DNA from: Malacoraja senta | Taxonomy: Eukaryota | NCBI GenBank assembly: GCA_038087875.1 | Contig: JAXLNO010000108.1 | Span: forward strand, 1 to 64,000 | Direction: 5' to 3' | Length of the DNA: 64,000 nt | In this document: positions 63,791 through 64,000 of the stretch, in pieces | How positions within the stretch are numbered: the first letter of the stretch is position 1 | Layout of the letters: each line of letters begins with the position of its first letter | Notes under the pieces: generated by a model | Database searches by the model: none | Told to the model about the DNA's origin: nothing | The model's input: only the letters and a program-made list of their open reading frames with translations | Translations under genes and position numbers: made by a program

Positions 63791-64000
63791 GAATTGTGGT
63801 TTGCAATTTCGCTTCAATTCCGGAGGTCCAACATACGCACGGCGTCAGGAAGTGGAGCCACGGCCCCTGATGGCACCTGCTGGAAAACAAGAATCCAAGT
63901 TGTTGAGGTACCGGTTGAGTTGATTGGTTTTGTTATTCCAATTATGTCCACTAGAGGGCTCGCTGTCCCACATTCGTCCATTGCCTCTAAATCTGGTTAA

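Overview
Eukaryotic, repeat-dense vertebrate DNA. The repeat complement (CR1/HER1-type LINEs, HE1/V-SINE-like tRNA SINEs, Rex1/Babar, L2, Penelope-like GIY-YIG elements) suggests a cartilaginous fish, probably a skate or ray (inference). The only host genes I can support are three paralogous class-A GPCRs resembling the GPR139/GPR142 family. Copy 1 (+, exons 22479-22548 and 23500-24401, 323 aa) and copy 2 (+, exons 44248-44317 and 47276-48174, 322 aa) are intact two-exon genes whose 70-nt first exons are missing from the ORF track. Copy 3 (-, 59019-59923) has lost its exon 1 at a CR1-mediated rearrangement, but an in-frame intronic ATG supplies a hydrophobic substitute N-terminus. The paralogues differ mainly in extracellular and ligand-facing segments and are nearly identical in the intracellular loops, as in chemosensory or immune receptor clusters. 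Transposons have reshaped the cluster. A near full-length CR1 sits head-to-head ~170 bp upstream of copy 2. An L2 insertion supplied copy 2's stop codon. Also present are a 3.9-kb cargo-filled hAT-type element, MITEs, Penelope-type tails with minimal hammerhead-ribozyme motifs, and direct and inverted segmental duplications. Repeat boundaries were read by eye and are approximate unless TIR or TSD coordinates are given.
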